A stretch of 63,979 bases of DNA, counting the filler, from Rhabdomonas costata (Eukaryota), in assembly GCA_019059605.1 (NCBI GenBank). It is 53 parts of 53 records of this genome, joined end to end, with 100 filler letters (N's around TTAATTAATTAA, not from the genome) between each part and the next. Parts side by side here need not be neighbours in the genome. Positions count along the whole stretch, not along the records: positions 47,162 to 48,270 come from JAHMHO010028150.1; positions 48,371 to 49,479 come from JAHMHO010028151.1; positions 49,580 to 50,688 come from JAHMHO010028152.1; positions 50,789 to 51,898 come from JAHMHO010028153.1; positions 51,999 to 53,100 come from JAHMHO010028154.1; positions 53,201 to 54,307 come from JAHMHO010028155.1; positions 54,408 to 55,516 come from JAHMHO010028156.1; positions 55,617 to 56,725 come from JAHMHO010028157.1; 45 more parts are not named here. One strand, written 5' to 3'. The notes beneath the pieces are model-generated. The model was not told the DNA's origin. It searched no databases and worked only from the letters and a program-made list of their open reading frames with translations. The position numbers and the translations under genes are program-made. Shown here piece by piece: positions 47,443-60,695 of this stretch. Numbering within the stretch: the first letter of the stretch is position 1; each line of letters opens with the position of its first letter.

Positions 47443-48270
47443 GGATTTTCCAGAGAGCTCGCCGTTGAGAGTGGAGGTGCACTTTTCCCATTTGGGTCGT
47501 ATCGGCTCGGGGTGCATGGACCGGGAGCTGATATTGACGCGTATGCTGCTGTAAACTTCCCTGTACGTTTAAATCATGTTCGCTTTGGTATTTATGAGTT
47601 TTTTTTCTTGTCACTTAGGGTGGTCGTAGCTCCACGGCACATCGAGCGGGATCACTTTTTCTATGGAAAGGACAATACCTCCCCCTTCCATGAATACCTT
47701 GGTAAACAGCCGAAGGTGTCTGATGTCCAGCCTGTCCCCGACGCCTACGTTCCCGTGATTAAGTTCACGTGGGCAGGCATTCAGGTACTGGGCTCTTTGG
47801 TTTCTGGGTTGACTCCTTTTTATACTTGAAGTTTTCTGAAAAATTAGGATTCCTGAGACATTCGTTTTTGATTTGGGGTCAGTGGGCCTTAAAGAAGAAG
47901 ACAGACAGCAGGGACTCGAAAGGATGCTTGAATGCACGGAGATCTCTGGTTCACCACACGACAGGACAGCAATCTCCCCGCGAGTCCCAGGTGCACTCAA
48001 CGCTTTTCAGCCCCAAATAGCAGAAGAAAAGCTCCCAGGCATCGGCTGCCAAAAAGAGACCCGCACCAATCAAAGGAGACCTGTAATAATAGGTGTAAAG
48101 AAAAAGGAACGTTGCTCCTTCTCAACCCCCGTGCTTTTTGATGGAAAAAGGACAAAGGGCTTCTTTGGAGATTTGGTGCAATGGAAGCACAAATGGAAGC
48201 AAATGGAAGCACGTGCTTGTATTTTGCAGTTTGATCTTCTGTTTGCTCGGCTGGCCCACTCCAACAAACC
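47443..48270 (+). CDS. PAP1: Canonical nuclear poly(A) polymerase, catalytic domain (exons 47443-47540, 47619-47784, 48230-48270)
   Basis: FPFGSYRLGVHGPGADID(A)|VVVAPRHIERDHFF...VPDAYVPVIKFTWAGIQ|FDLLFARL contains all three catalytic Asp. GT-AG introns. Confidence 0.95.
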
Positions 48271-50935
48271 NNNNNNNNNNNNNNNNNNNNNNNNNNNNNN
48301 NNNNNNNNNNNNNNTTAATTAATTAANNNNNNNNNNNNNNNNNNNNNNNNNNNNNNNNNNNNNNNNNNNNTGTGTGGGAGGAATACATCAGCTGCCCAGG
48401 GGTTTCGTCTTACAGACGCGGAGCGTCATGAGCACATTTGCTCTGCGCTGTTGTCGGCGAAGGTGAAGCCCATCTTTAGAAGGAACCCCGCTAAGCACAC
48501 GCTCTAGTTGGCAACGTGTACTGGCTGCTTCCTCGCTGGTCGTGACATGCCTCGCGGTTTTCAGGCTGGCAGCTCTTTCATCCTCGAGGTGATGACGCAA
48601 AGGCTGATTGATGATCGCTCACCATTGCAGCGACGGCTGTGCTTTGCAGTTGGTTGAATTGAGCATGACGCTGGGGTGCTGACAAATCGGGGCGCTGTTC
48701 CTGGAAATTTCAGGAAGCGACGTCGTTTTGTATTTTAGGGCTCGTCGTGGCTGCAACTGTCTGCGAGCAAGTTGCAATGTTTTCTGCAGCACACTTGTGC
48801 ACTGCCTTTCGTTAACATTTGCAACAGCGCTGTTCCGAGACCTTTTTGGCATCCGACAGACGAATCTATATACTGAAGCTTTTCATGGAGATCTGTCCAA
48901 TCATACGGTCCGCAATCTAAACTGACGCCAGCTACAAAATAGTTATGGGAACATGATCTAAAAATGTGTTAAAAATGGCACGCAAAAGAACAGTTCCTAA
49001 AGTAAATAATTGACTAGTGTGACCGCACAACAACTGGTAATGTTGTGGCCAGTGAAGCGCAGCTGATGCATATTTTTTCCTCAGGAAGGCTTGCGCAACA
49101 CTGACTGCTGTTCTCTTGCTTGTTTTGAGGGTTATCAAATCTGTTTTGTCTTGTTTTGTTTTTTCTGGAAGTTCCTCCCTTAGAATTTTTTGTGGATTCT
49201 CCTTTATGCGCTGCTGGCCCTCCTGGTTCATACTCCCTCCTCCCTCCATCCGTTGACCACGCGCGTGGATGAGGTACCGAAAGTCTACGGAGCAAAAGCC
49301 CGGGCAATGGAGCGAGAAAAGAACGCCGCCCGTCTGGTTTAAGCCTCGACAATACGCGCCGGCAAAAAGACCAGAAAAGCGTAAAAACGCGTAAAAGACG
49401 CACAAATCGAAGTCTACCCGCCACCCAAAACAAAAAACACACACCATTTTTTCAGATGGTTTTGGAAGCCCCAACAAACNNNNNNNNNNNNNNNNNNNNN
49501 NNNNNNNNNNNNNNNNNNNNNNNTTAATTAATTAANNNNNNNNNNNNNNNNNNNNNNNNNNNNNNNNNNNNNNNNNNNNTGTGGTTGGTCAGAAAAAGAA
49601 AGCCAATAATCTGATGGGCCTGCCAGCACTTAGAATAGCAGAGTGAGAGAGAGTGAGAGAGAGAAGGGAGGATATGACCGTCGGAGTCTGGCAGCACCCA
49701 TTGAATTAATTGAACACATTTGACTGAGGACTCAACGTTGTTAATTTTCGCAACAACCGAAAAAATTCTATGGGAATTTTTCCGAGAACAGCATCGAATT
49801 TTTTTCTCGAAAAAATCGGATTGGGGAGGAGCCCCAACCCCTCAGGTTTATTGTAGCATGGAGTTCCTTCGTTAGGTGAAGCAACTCACGAAGGAGAACA
49901 TGACGAGCCTGCTTTCCCACGCATGTTCCCAAAAAGGCAGCTCGCTCCAGGCTCAGTCAAATCAAGGAAGCGCTTTCCATTGGAAACAGCACACAGAGCT
50001 ATCCAATCCTCCAATTACCCTGTGGAATCCGCAAAACATGAAAACCGTGAACACCCTGTGCTCGGGCACACCGTCAGCAGGAGGGCCTTTCCCAGAACCA
50101 AAGCCCCACCGGACGCTTTCCCATAGCGTTCCGGGACGCCCCCCCTCCCGCACATGATGACACCATCGTGTCCAGAAAAAAAAACGCACGCGCCTCGCCA
50201 ACGGCATACGAGCAGTGCGAGCAGGGAACTCAACCGCGAGACGGGGGTGCTTCATCTCTTACTGATGAAAAACTGGGGCGCGTCGAGGGTGCGCAAAAAA
50301 AAAAGACAAGACTCCGCTCCACCCCAGAAGCAGCCCGCAAGTGCGGGCAAAGGGAAGCTGAAAACGGGAGAGAAATCTCCATCCTCCCACTCCCTGCAGA
50401 AAGGAAGGTTTTCCTTCCCTAGAAGACTCCAAACAACCGATCCACTGAGGGACTAAGGGAAAGGAAAGGGGGGAAGGAGACTTGAAAAGATGAGAAGCAA
50501 CGCTCTTCACAAAGAGCATTCAGAAAGCATCCGAGATAGTCCCGCGCAAAACAAAAGGGCTGAAGTCTCTGCTTCCTTCAGAGACTGATGACGGCACAGT
50601 CAAAAAGAATCCGACCGTTCGGAGTCTCAAAAAAGCACCAGCCCGCAGCACTGTCTACGCAAACAGTGCACTTTATCTACCACAAACANNNNNNNNNNNN
50701 NNNNNNNNNNNNNNNNNNNNNNNNNNNNNNNNTTAATTAATTAANNNNNNNNNNNNNNNNNNNNNNNNNNNNNNNNNNNNNNNNNNNNGGTGTTTGGGGT
50801 CTTTTCCTTGGTAATGCCAACCGCCCCTTTCACCACTCTCATCCAGCATCTTTGATGGGTCTATAGTTCGTGTTTGCATTTGCCGTGGAAGCCTCCCTCT
50901 TGGCCACCCTCCCTTTCCAAAGACATTCCCAGAAC

Positions 50936-51159
50936 CCGAGGTGCCGGGCCAGGCCAGGGCAGAGGTTGCGGTACATCTGAGCTGCGCCCAGCAGGTACAT
51001 CGAGGTCAGAGAGAATCTGCCCGCTCGTCGAGGCTCGCCCGGCCTGTCCCGCTTGTGGCCGCACAGGACGTCTTCGTCCTCCTCCTCATCATTATCTGCG
51101 TAGTTCTCGGGAGTTGTCTTCCACAGAGGCGAAGCAGCCGCCTCGAGCTCATCCCCCAT
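50936..51159 (-). CDS. First exon of an unknown protein, weakly Rpr2/Rpp21-like
   Basis: MGDELEAA...acidic tract...SMYLLGAAQMYRNLCPGLARHLG|gt. The YL..AA......P.LAR pattern recalls the Rpp21 N-terminal helices. Confidence 0.4.
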
Positions 51160-54100
51160 TACGCGGTCACGCAGCAGAAGGAATGGCGGCGCAACGGGCG
51201 CGAGGGGCAAAAAGCAAAAAGAGCGTGCCCACTACTTCTGAAAGAAGGAACAGCTTGGGTCACTTGATGCTGACTTTCACTTTCACTTTCCTTTTGGCCC
51301 AGACACGGCACAAAGAAAAAAGGATGAAATTTGCCATGTGGGACCGACAAGAGATCCATGGGATGCAGGAGTGCGTTTGTCTATATCCGTCCTCATCCCC
51401 CCTCCCCACACATGCTGAGGGAGGTGCATGCGCTCAGAGGTCGATACAAATAGCTGAGCCGTGAACGTCGCGTACGATCCAAATACATCAGCTTAGCAGG
51501 GGGGACTCCGCGTGCCTTGAACCCCAATACCACGTGCCCAGTGGAAATTCTTATATTTCATTCTAAGAAGACGAAGGGCACCACGAAGGACCTTTCAGAC
51601 AAACGTCAACCCCTGCGCATCTGCATCTGAAGCAAAAAAGCCAACATATCACCGGTGTATTCGTGTTGATGTTTGAGTTGCCGTTTTTTTCCCACTTAAA
51701 ATGCCGCAAGACATACTTCGATCAGCCAAAACCCACTCGCCCTCTTCCGTGGGTGAATTACACGGTCGAACAAGCAGAACGTGACGCGGTCAGTTACAGC
51801 AGTTTTGAAAGAAGAACAGGGTGGGAGGAGATCGGCCGCAACCCACTCCTTCATCTAGGCTCGTGTGCACCACAGAGGTCGTGATGGGCACAGCGACCNN
51901 NNNNNNNNNNNNNNNNNNNNNNNNNNNNNNNNNNNNNNNNNNTTAATTAATTAANNNNNNNNNNNNNNNNNNNNNNNNNNNNNNNNNNNNNNNNNNNNGT
52001 GTTGGGTGTGGTTGGGTGTTTGGGGTGAGGTGGAGTCCGTGCGGAGGGAAGGAGGCTTGCATGCTTCCTTTGAAATTGTATTTGGCTTAACTTCAGGCTT
52101 GAACTTGGACCTGGACTTGTAGTTGGACTTAGGCTGGTGCCTGACTCAGCAGGCCCCGACACGGGTGGTCTTGTTTTTATGTGACTGCAGTTGGATGCCT
52201 CCTTTGCGAATATTGCGGGTACGCTTGGGAAGAGAATCTGATTTATGTCGCGGCTGGGGACTAGTTCAATGCAGCATGAATTCCATTGACAACGGCCTCC
52301 CACGTTTCAGATCTCGTTCAAAGGGAAGTAGAGGTTTTGGGCTTTCCTTTTTGGCTCTTAAAATAGCAAAAATACCAAAAACAGCAAATCAAACCAATGT
52401 TCGCCAGCCTGATATGTGGGGCAGACCTGGGAGTTTATGCGTGGATTAGGGGCAGAGAATTGTTATTTTTTCTTTTTCAAACAAATTTCTCACTTGGCCG
52501 AATGGTTTGGGTTTAGAGGACCGCCTTAACGATGAGTTTGGTGGAAGTAGCACAAAAACACAACTTTGGAGACCAACGGAGCCACTTCCAAATTATTCTT
52601 TTCCGAAAGAAAAATCAAAACCCGCACCTCTCCCACACGAGTTCAAAATCTTCAGAAAGGAGAAAAGCTGGAATTTTTTAGTTGGAATCCTGAGGGCAAA
52701 ACCGAAGCAAGCCTGCGGGTCTGACCGAACTGATGATAAACGTGCCAGCTGGGGTGGTCGAATGGTGGGCGAGTGGGGTGAGTGCATGACATTTGTCAAA
52801 ACTCAGACAGTTTATTCTAAAATGAAAAAATAAAAGGAAGAAAAGTTTGAAGAGGGATCAACCCTTGTGAATTCTTCTGAGTAAGACGAGATGCCGCCAA
52901 TTCGCCTTCGAACCCCCTGGAAAGTCACCGGGGGTTCCACCCCCTCCCTCAGATGCGTGGAGTCCTCATGCCTCCATTGCACACTGTCTGCTTTAGTGAC
53001 CCTGCACCCCAACCAAGGGGTACAGCAGGCTTGCGCTCAAGAGAGAGAGAGAGTCAGAGAGAGAGAGCTCCAAAGGGCCCCGGCCGGAGGATCCCCCAAA
53101 NNNNNNNNNNNNNNNNNNNNNNNNNNNNNNNNNNNNNNNNNNNNTTAATTAATTAANNNNNNNNNNNNNNNNNNNNNNNNNNNNNNNNNNNNNNNNNNNN
53201 TGTGGTTTTTTTATTAGTTTGAACGTGTACTCATTTTGCAAAACTGTTTCAACTTTTGGACGCAAATTTTCTGTAATTGAAAATTTTCTTTTAAAAACTC
53301 ACTGTTTGGATTGTTGCAGAGAATATGGGTACAAATGAGTCTACGTGGAAAAGATATTTACAGTGTCGTCTGCGTGATGGCTTTACTGAACTGGTGTTGT
53401 TATAGTGATTGGACTTGGTTCCAAGTTCTCGTGTGTAGATATGTATGAGGTTTGCTTTTAAAACAGCTTTCTTGAATTCTCGTCAATCGAGACCTTAAGC
53501 CTAATTAGAATCAACCAGGCGTGTTGAGCCCTCCCGCTCTCGTACGAACTTAAGTACAGGGTTTTCAGAGATGGTGAGGTGGTCGCAGAAAAATGACGCT
53601 CTGGTGAGCACAACTCCCCCGCTGCGTTCCGCACCTCTGGGCACCTCTGGGCATGTTCCAGTGGCTCCAACATTCCTGCAGATGCCGCCGAAGACTTTGA
53701 CTAAGAGGAAGCATGCAAGGCTCTGCACCTTTCGTCCAGAATCGGGTGGTGGTCCCTCTGGGCTGGTGTCACTACCTCTGTCCTCGGGCTCTTCTGCAGG
53801 AGAAGGCAAACGGCTACACCAACCTGCTCCGGCTGGCTTCTCGGTGAAGCCAAAAAAACTCCCGCTCGCGCCCGGGCACCGGTCGGAACCTACTTCTCTA
53901 AGGTTAAGGGATAGGACAACGTAGGAGGGGGAGCCGTGTCCTGCGGGAAAAACAGCACCCCCAGCACACACAGAAAATAGAAGGAAAGGAAAGGAAGGAA
54001 GAACCTCGCGGGACGCCACCTCCACGGCGAGCGATGGCGTCAAGGCAACACGGCCCGCCCCTAATAAAGACGAAAAAAAACAGCGACTGCGCTGTACACT

Positions 54101-54654
54101 GTACTCAGCCCCGCCGCCTCTCGGGGCTGAGGGATGTGGCAGCAGCGAGACGGGCGGGAAAACTGCAGACTGGGAAAGAGGGTATTTACCCCAGGGGCCT
54201 CCACAAAGGGCAGGGAAGTCCAGAAAGAAGAGGCAACCAATTCCAACCCCAGGTCCTCCGCGGATGAAGGAGAATAGGCCAAAAGCTGAAAATGGGGACA
54301 CCCCCCANNNNNNNNNNNNNNNNNNNNNNNNNNNNNNNNNNNNNNNNNNNNTTAATTAATTAANNNNNNNNNNNNNNNNNNNNNNNNNNNNNNNNNNNNN
54401 NNNNNNNGGTTTGGGTGAGAAGGGCACACACACACACACACGCAACGCACACAACTATTCTGTTCCTGTCCCTTTCGTGATGAAAAATACAAAACGAAAC
54501 AACAAAAGGACATCCGTCGTCATGTGCACAAGGGCATGCATGAAGTTTCTGTCCTGACCAGAATGAATACGAGAGAAGGAGAACGAGAGGTGAAGGGAAA
54601 CAACTAAGCTGCACCCATACAAACGTTCCGGATCAGTCAGCGCGCAGCACATAC

Positions 54655-55502
54655 CTCCATGAGCATCGGGACGTTCTGGCGGCTGAAATAGCTCAGAATC
54701 TTCAGGTCCAGCGTGGCGCCCAAGTTGTCAGAGTTGCTGACAAACATGTACTTCACACCCTGCACATGCGTGTGCGTGCGTTGGGGAGGGGCGCATCCAC
54801 ATCATGTAAGTCAGTGTGGAATCATAAAGATTTCAATTTTGGCATGTGCGAATTCGCGCATCCAAACGAGTGGGGCGGGAGGTCGAGAATTGTTTGTGAA
54901 CAATACGATCAGTTCGATGAAACGCGAAAGGACAGTTGATGTCCTGTCCATTTCAATTTTCCAAAGAACGGAGGTGAAAGGTGGGTGCTGGGCCGTCGAG
55001 CACGAACCACAGCAGACTGGGTTCAACACACGTTTTCCACGAATAAGGCTAAGCCACTTCAGAGAGGTGAGGAAACAAAGCAGGTGAGGGGAGGGGAGAG
55101 ACACCTCACTCAGGAGTTGGTCCAGCTTTCCAGAGCCCACAAGGGCAGCGTACCTGTGTGCCAGAAAACCACCTCCCATTCATTTCTGTGTCTATTAGCC
55201 CTGGAAAAAACACAAACAAGGATGCATGGAATCACCGAAAAAACTGCGAGCCACAGCGCGGTAAGGCAAGGGTTCCGCACAACGACCCCAACCACTTTAA
55301 GGAGACTTTGCATTGGGTCGTTTTCAGCGGGCAGCCACGGAGTCTTCAACCCCCTTTCCCTTCTCCCTGAAGCATACAAGTCGCCGTGGCCGGGCGGGCA
55401 CCACTCCAGCTCCGAGTTCTTTGACCAGGACACGGGGACCAGGCCCTTCACCGCAATCTTGGGAGCCTTGTTCTGCATCAGCTCAATGTTGGGATCCTTG
55501 GC
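54655..55502 (-). CDS. UGP: UTP-glucose-1-phosphate uridylyltransferase (UDP-glucose pyrophosphorylase) (exons 55502-55378, 55153-55105, 54759-54655)
   Basis: ELMQNKAPKI...EWCPPGHGDL|YAALVGSGKLDQLLSE|GVKYMFVSNSDNLGATLDLKILSYF...MLME contains the PPGHGD and NxDNLGAT motifs. Confidence 0.95.
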
Positions 55503-57250
55503 CTACCCCACCACAANNNNNNNNNNNNNNNNNNNNNNNNNNNNNNNNNNNNNNNNNNNNTTAATTAATTAANNNNNNNNNNNNNNNNNNNNNNNNNNNN
55601 NNNNNNNNNNNNNNNNCAAATCTTAGGCGTCGTGCTTTAGCTAGCAGTGGATTTGAGTGTGGCTGCAACCCACCAGATCAGTGCATCGGAGGCACCATTA
55701 GTTCGTAATAAACTTGCACTTTTTGCAAGGTGACTTTTTCTTATCAGACGTAGTTCTGTGTTTTGGCACTGGTTTGGGTGATGGAACTTTTTACTCCTGA
55801 AACGACGTATGGTTTCCCACGATCTATGTGACAGTCCACCTGTGATGACCTGTTTTTGCAAGATGCCCCTTCAGTTCAGAGAAAGTTGTTCTGATGAGGT
55901 GAGGTGGGATTTTGATAAGGTGGGGTATACATGGATGCAGGCATGATCGAGGGCATGGGTGACCCCTTATATGAGAGTTTCCGGGCTCTGGTCCTCAAGG
56001 AGGATGATCTCGGAGGTGCTCTGTGTGTGTGCGCGCGCATATGTGTCTTTTGTCGCGCCTTTTTTTTTCCAAGAACAGTTAGCTTTTGCCCGATTACGAG
56101 TTAAAGGCTGGCTTTTCGTTTTATCTTCTTGTGGCGGGCGAAATGAGCCTCGAGTGCTTGAGTGCTGCACCCACACGCATACATTTACACACCCTGACTT
56201 ATTAAGAGGCATTTCATTTTCAGTACTTTCCTCAATCTGTCCGAAGGTTTGAACCGGCCTTCAAGAATGCATTGTTGGCATTGCTGGGCGGCTCTCTCCT
56301 TGTTTCTCTGAAAGGTTCGATAAATGTTTGTAGCGTTCACCTAAAGTTGGTTGGTGGCACCTTTTCGGAGGGGCTTCGTTCTTCGTGCACCGGCGTGCAT
56401 CACAGCCCTGGCGGGAATTGTGGACAACCTGAGGAACTCTCTGCTGCTGGGCCAGCTAAAAGCCGCCGGGGAAGGCGGTGTTATGCTTAGCGGAGTGCTG
56501 CACAAGGCGTGTGTACCCACACATTTGCTCGATTCAATGAAGTGCTTTGTCAAGTGGTGGCGTGCCTTTTTCGGTGCCCTTTCTTTCCAATACTGTCGGA
56601 TTTTTTTCAAATGATAACTTTAAGTGTTTCTCCTCATTGGTTGCTTTTTTCTCTGTTTCTTTTTCCGCCCGCTGTGCGAGTTACGTGATGGTTCTCCTTC
56701 TCAGTCCCATGGAAGCTTTCTCTGTNNNNNNNNNNNNNNNNNNNNNNNNNNNNNNNNNNNNNNNNNNNNTTAATTAATTAANNNNNNNNNNNNNNNNNNN
56801 NNNNNNNNNNNNNNNNNNNNNNNNNGGGGGGGTGTGCAGTTCCGGCCTGGCCGCCTGCAGCTGTGGGTGGCTGCACGCCCGTGATGAGCAGGTCGGTCTC
56901 CATCTTGCTGCAGCCCGCTCACCCCGTCTCGGGGAAAGCTATCCCCGCAGCCTCTTCTTTTCCTGCTTGCACTTTCTAACTCAAGGAACTGAAGAAGTCC
57001 CCCTTTGTTTTCTTGTCTTCGCTCTCCCTTCCGTGTGTGGAAAATCGAAAACTGTCACCACACACACATACGCCCACACACCTCGGAAGACTTACCCTTT
57101 AGTCTTACCCTTTAGTCGTCCACTGGCAGCAACATCCAATTGTCGAGGGATTGTGTGAGGCTTTGTGGATCGCTTGCACACGCACACGCTTTGGGGACAG
57201 GGGCTTTGGCTCCCCCCTTTGTTTTGTGTTTGTTTGCTTGCTTGTTGCAG

Positions 57251-57758
57251 ATTCCTGCCGACACCGCGGCAGCCTTTGAGGCCGTCTGGACTCGCCTCTC
57301 TCCTCTCCTGGAGGTGGGGAAGATGTCCAAGAGAGGCACCTGGGATGGCGTCACGGTGTACTCCAAGGTTGCGTGCACGTTATGCGTGTCAGGCGTTGAA
57401 CCTGTGGAACCTTGAACCTCGGGGAGCGCTCTCCCACCCCTCCACCACAGGAACAAAGGCTGAGGCCCTCCCCAGCCTTTGCTGAGCTTATCTTGGCTGG
57501 CTCCCGCTACGATAGTGATAGTGAAATGCCTCCCAGTGGTGCTGCTGCTGCAACCCTTGCGTTATTTTGCCCTGTGAACGTTCGCGCGCGAGTGACTCTT
57601 CCTGAAAACTCAACTTCGTGTCTTGGCTCTCGTCCTGTGGATTTCGATTTTTTTTTCAGCCTGGTGACGGGAAGTCCGTGTTTCGCACGGGGCAGGTCGT
57701 GGTGAACGTCCCGGCGAAGGTGGTCGCTGACATTTTCTGGCAGTGGGACACCTACAAG
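57251..57758 (+). CDS. START/SRPBCC lipid-binding domain fragment (exons 57251-57367 and 57660-57758)
   Basis: DGVTVYSK|PGDGKSVFRTGQVVVNVPAKVVADIFWQWD fits the START N-terminal strands. Phase-0 exons of 117 and 99 nt. Confidence 0.6.
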
Positions 57759-59032
57759 GTACGCCGTCCACCTTTACCCCCCCCCCCTCCGCTCGTACAC
57801 ACACAAACACACCAGTCACAGTCCGACCCCCCGGAAATGGAGTACACTGCAGAACACGAGCCAACGAGCTAATCCCGGCCCGCTGCCTCAACACAAAAAC
57901 ACCCCCGGTTGTCAAGGCGTTCTACAAAAACACANNNNNNNNNNNNNNNNNNNNNNNNNNNNNNNNNNNNNNNNNNNNTTAATTAATTAANNNNNNNNNN
58001 NNNNNNNNNNNNNNNNNNNNNNNNNNNNNNNNNNGGTGTTGGGCTTCAACCTCAGCCTGTTGGGAGGCACCTCCCGAGGTTCGCCCCTCCACCGTGCTCA
58101 AAACATGCGCTTGCATCTTCCTTCATCGTTTTCCCCTTCCTCAGCTCTCAACCGAATCATTGCGAATGGATGCGCGTGCGACGTCAACTTTTCCTTCCCG
58201 ATGTTGTTCCTCTCTGTTCCCTCTGATAATCATACCGCGGAAACCAGAAGTGTTCTCCAGGAGAGATATCACAAATTGGTCCAATGGTCTGAAATATCGC
58301 CATGTCTGACCGTCCTGGAGAAATAGAAAGTACCGCTGGTTTCCGTTTCCAATGGTTGCCCACAGTTTCTGGCCTGGTTCACGACATCCAATTTTACAAA
58401 GCCCGCACATGCACACACACGTACACACGGTGCTTCAAGCTTTTTGTCTCTTGATGTCAGCAATTATCGACTCGGAATTGTCACCTTCTTTCTTTTTGCT
58501 TGCGGCGTTTCAGGGGACAACTCCACTCGGGTAAGGGTGATATTCACCCCTCGGATCGTGATCGGGGGATTCAACTCCTCCGACTGTAGCGCGATGCAGG
58601 TGTCTGCACCCCTTTTTGGTTCTTTCTCTTCTAACCACTTTCTTTCTTTTTGGTGAAAGTTGAGCGACCGCAAGTCGTCAGCTCCCGCTCTGCGGCTTGG
58701 CGTTCAGTGGCTGCGGAGCTGCCTAACCCATTCATGGTGAAAGTGGAGATCGCCTCAAATTGATGGAAACTGACGCTGTTGCCATCCATTTGACCACGAA
58801 AAGCCAGACAATCCATCTCATTGCTTTTTGCCTTCACACCCACTCGTTCAAATTCGAGCGAGCATGTGGTTACAGCCAGCCAAAAATTATCCACCAGGAC
58901 TGGGAAAGGAAATGGAGCAGTTAGGGCTATGCACGCATTTCGTACCGCAATGTTAGCCAAAGTGATGCCCACCCAAAATGGTCGTATCGAATCCGATCGC
59001 GCTGTTTTCCGTATTCTGATTGCTTGTGTGTA

Positions 59033-59138
59033 TGAGAAATTTTGGTGTGCACCTTGTACTGTGGTCTTCAGGTGAGCTTTGGTGAGGCCCTGAGCTCACC
59101 TGAAGACCACAGTACAAGGTGCACACCAAAATTTCTCA
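59033..59138. repeat. Contig-terminal inverted repeat (46-bp arms 59033-59078 / 59093-59138)
   Basis: Perfect arms at the contig end. Confidence 0.85.
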
Positions 59139-59392
59139 CACACNNNNNNNNNNNNNNNNNNNNNNNNNNNNNNNNNNNNNNNNNNNNTTAATTAATTAAN
59201 NNNNNNNNNNNNNNNNNNNNNNNNNNNNNNNNNNNNNNNNNNNGGGTTTTTGTCTATGGAATGTCGCCTCACCCGTCGCTTGGTCAACATTGGAGAGAAG
59301 CGTAGGGCTCGCAGAGCGCTGCATATTTGCATGGCGACGGCCGCTTTCCCCTCCCATTGTTTTTGTTCCGCGCCTGTTCTTTGCCCCCACAG

Positions 59393-59961
59393 TGAGTACG
59401 ATGGGCCGGCCAGTGCACCTGGATCGAAGCCAGAGCCTGGCGCTGCTATTTGAGCCCGGGTTTGTGATGCGAGAGGCCACCGTGATGGTGGTGCGGCTGC
59501 CCTACCACAGCCCCCTGCCGGGCAGCCTGGCCTCCCGAGCCGTGCAGCCCGACCTCGTGGCGATGCAAAGGGTGTGCGTGATTCCATAGGAGTGTGCTAA
59601 CTAAGTGCCCCCTGCAGACGAGGACATCTTCTGTGATTGGTGGTGTGGGTGCGGTGGGGTTGAAGAATTTTGTTCCAGGCGGCGCATTTTATTGTGGATT
59701 TCCGTTCACCCAGTCCGCTGCTTTCATTCTTGTTCCTTCCTTTTTTGTCTTGAACCGCTGCTGATGGTTCCTTTTTTCTCCAGTTTGAGATACGCGAGAA
59801 AGTGCATGCATCCACAGATCGGGAGCAGGCACAAGCAATGTTGTGGTTTTGTAGCTTGACGAGTCCTTCACCTCGTGTGTGCTCAAAATCGTGGGCGACA
59901 CTGGTGGCGTGGCACTTTCCTTCGGAGCGGGCGTGGTGACGGCAACATGGAACTGCTTCAA
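59393..59961 (+). CDS. Class III nucleotidyl (adenylyl/guanylyl) cyclase-like domain, degenerate (exons 59393-59571 and 59855-59961)
   Basis: REATVMVVRL...|LDESFTSCVLKIVGDTGGVALSFGAGVVTATWN aligns by eye to R.VTVLFxDI...F...V...V...GG....F.GD...A.WN. Confidence 0.6.
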
Positions 59962-60695
59962 GTGACCCCCCTTCTTCTGCACCCTTCCTCTGCTCTCCCC
60001 GACTCGCAAGGGAGCCCCTGATATTGTTTTGTTTTAACGCTCAGTCATGCGCATGCATACACATGAACGTGTGGCACAATCGAGCAGACACTGAACGTCC
60101 CTTGCATCCCTTTCTTCAGTGTTTGAGGGAGGGGTGTTCATTGGCCTTACACACAGCGCGATGGACAAAACGGAATGCTTAACACTCTCCGGCTCCTCGG
60201 CCACCGAACTGTGAACGATGGGTCCGGAAGTGGAAGTATGTCCCTTCGGGACTTTGGCGCCTTGGTGGCTCGTTTATTGACCAGGAGGGAAAGGGATCAC
60301 TGCGTTTCAGAATTAATTCAAGCCCCCTTTTCTTTCGAGCTTCAACAACCACNNNNNNNNNNNNNNNNNNNNNNNNNNNNNNNNNNNNNNNNNNNNTTAA
60401 TTAATTAANNNNNNNNNNNNNNNNNNNNNNNNNNNNNNNNNNNNNNNNNNNNGTTTGGTGGGGGTGGGGGGGGAGGAGTCCAGTCCACAGCACTTGGGCT
60501 TTCCGAGCTTTCCGAACCCGGAATTCAATGGCTGGAGTCCACAGTATCGAACCCTCAGTGGATGCAGAGTGGGAAAACCTCAGCATCCTGGTTCAAAGTG
60601 TGTGCACCTAGCTGTCGCGCTCTTGGCGTTCGTACACCCACAGCCTCCAGCCCCCTCTGCTCCTCTTCCCACACAGACACGCAATGACACAGTAC

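Noticed and set aside
53501-54301. 266-aa minus-strand ORF
   Set aside because: Low-complexity G/P/S/F-rich translation with no domain, codon bias or splice support. Likely spurious.
56351-56506. Possible cytochrome P450 exon (LVAPFRRGFV...)
   Set aside because: It may be a real exon, but no diagnostic P450 motif is visible, so no family call was made.
57388-57450. tRNA-like B-box (GGTTCAACGCC) on the minus strand inside an intron
   Set aside because: No cloverleaf could be folded. At most a decayed SINE fragment.
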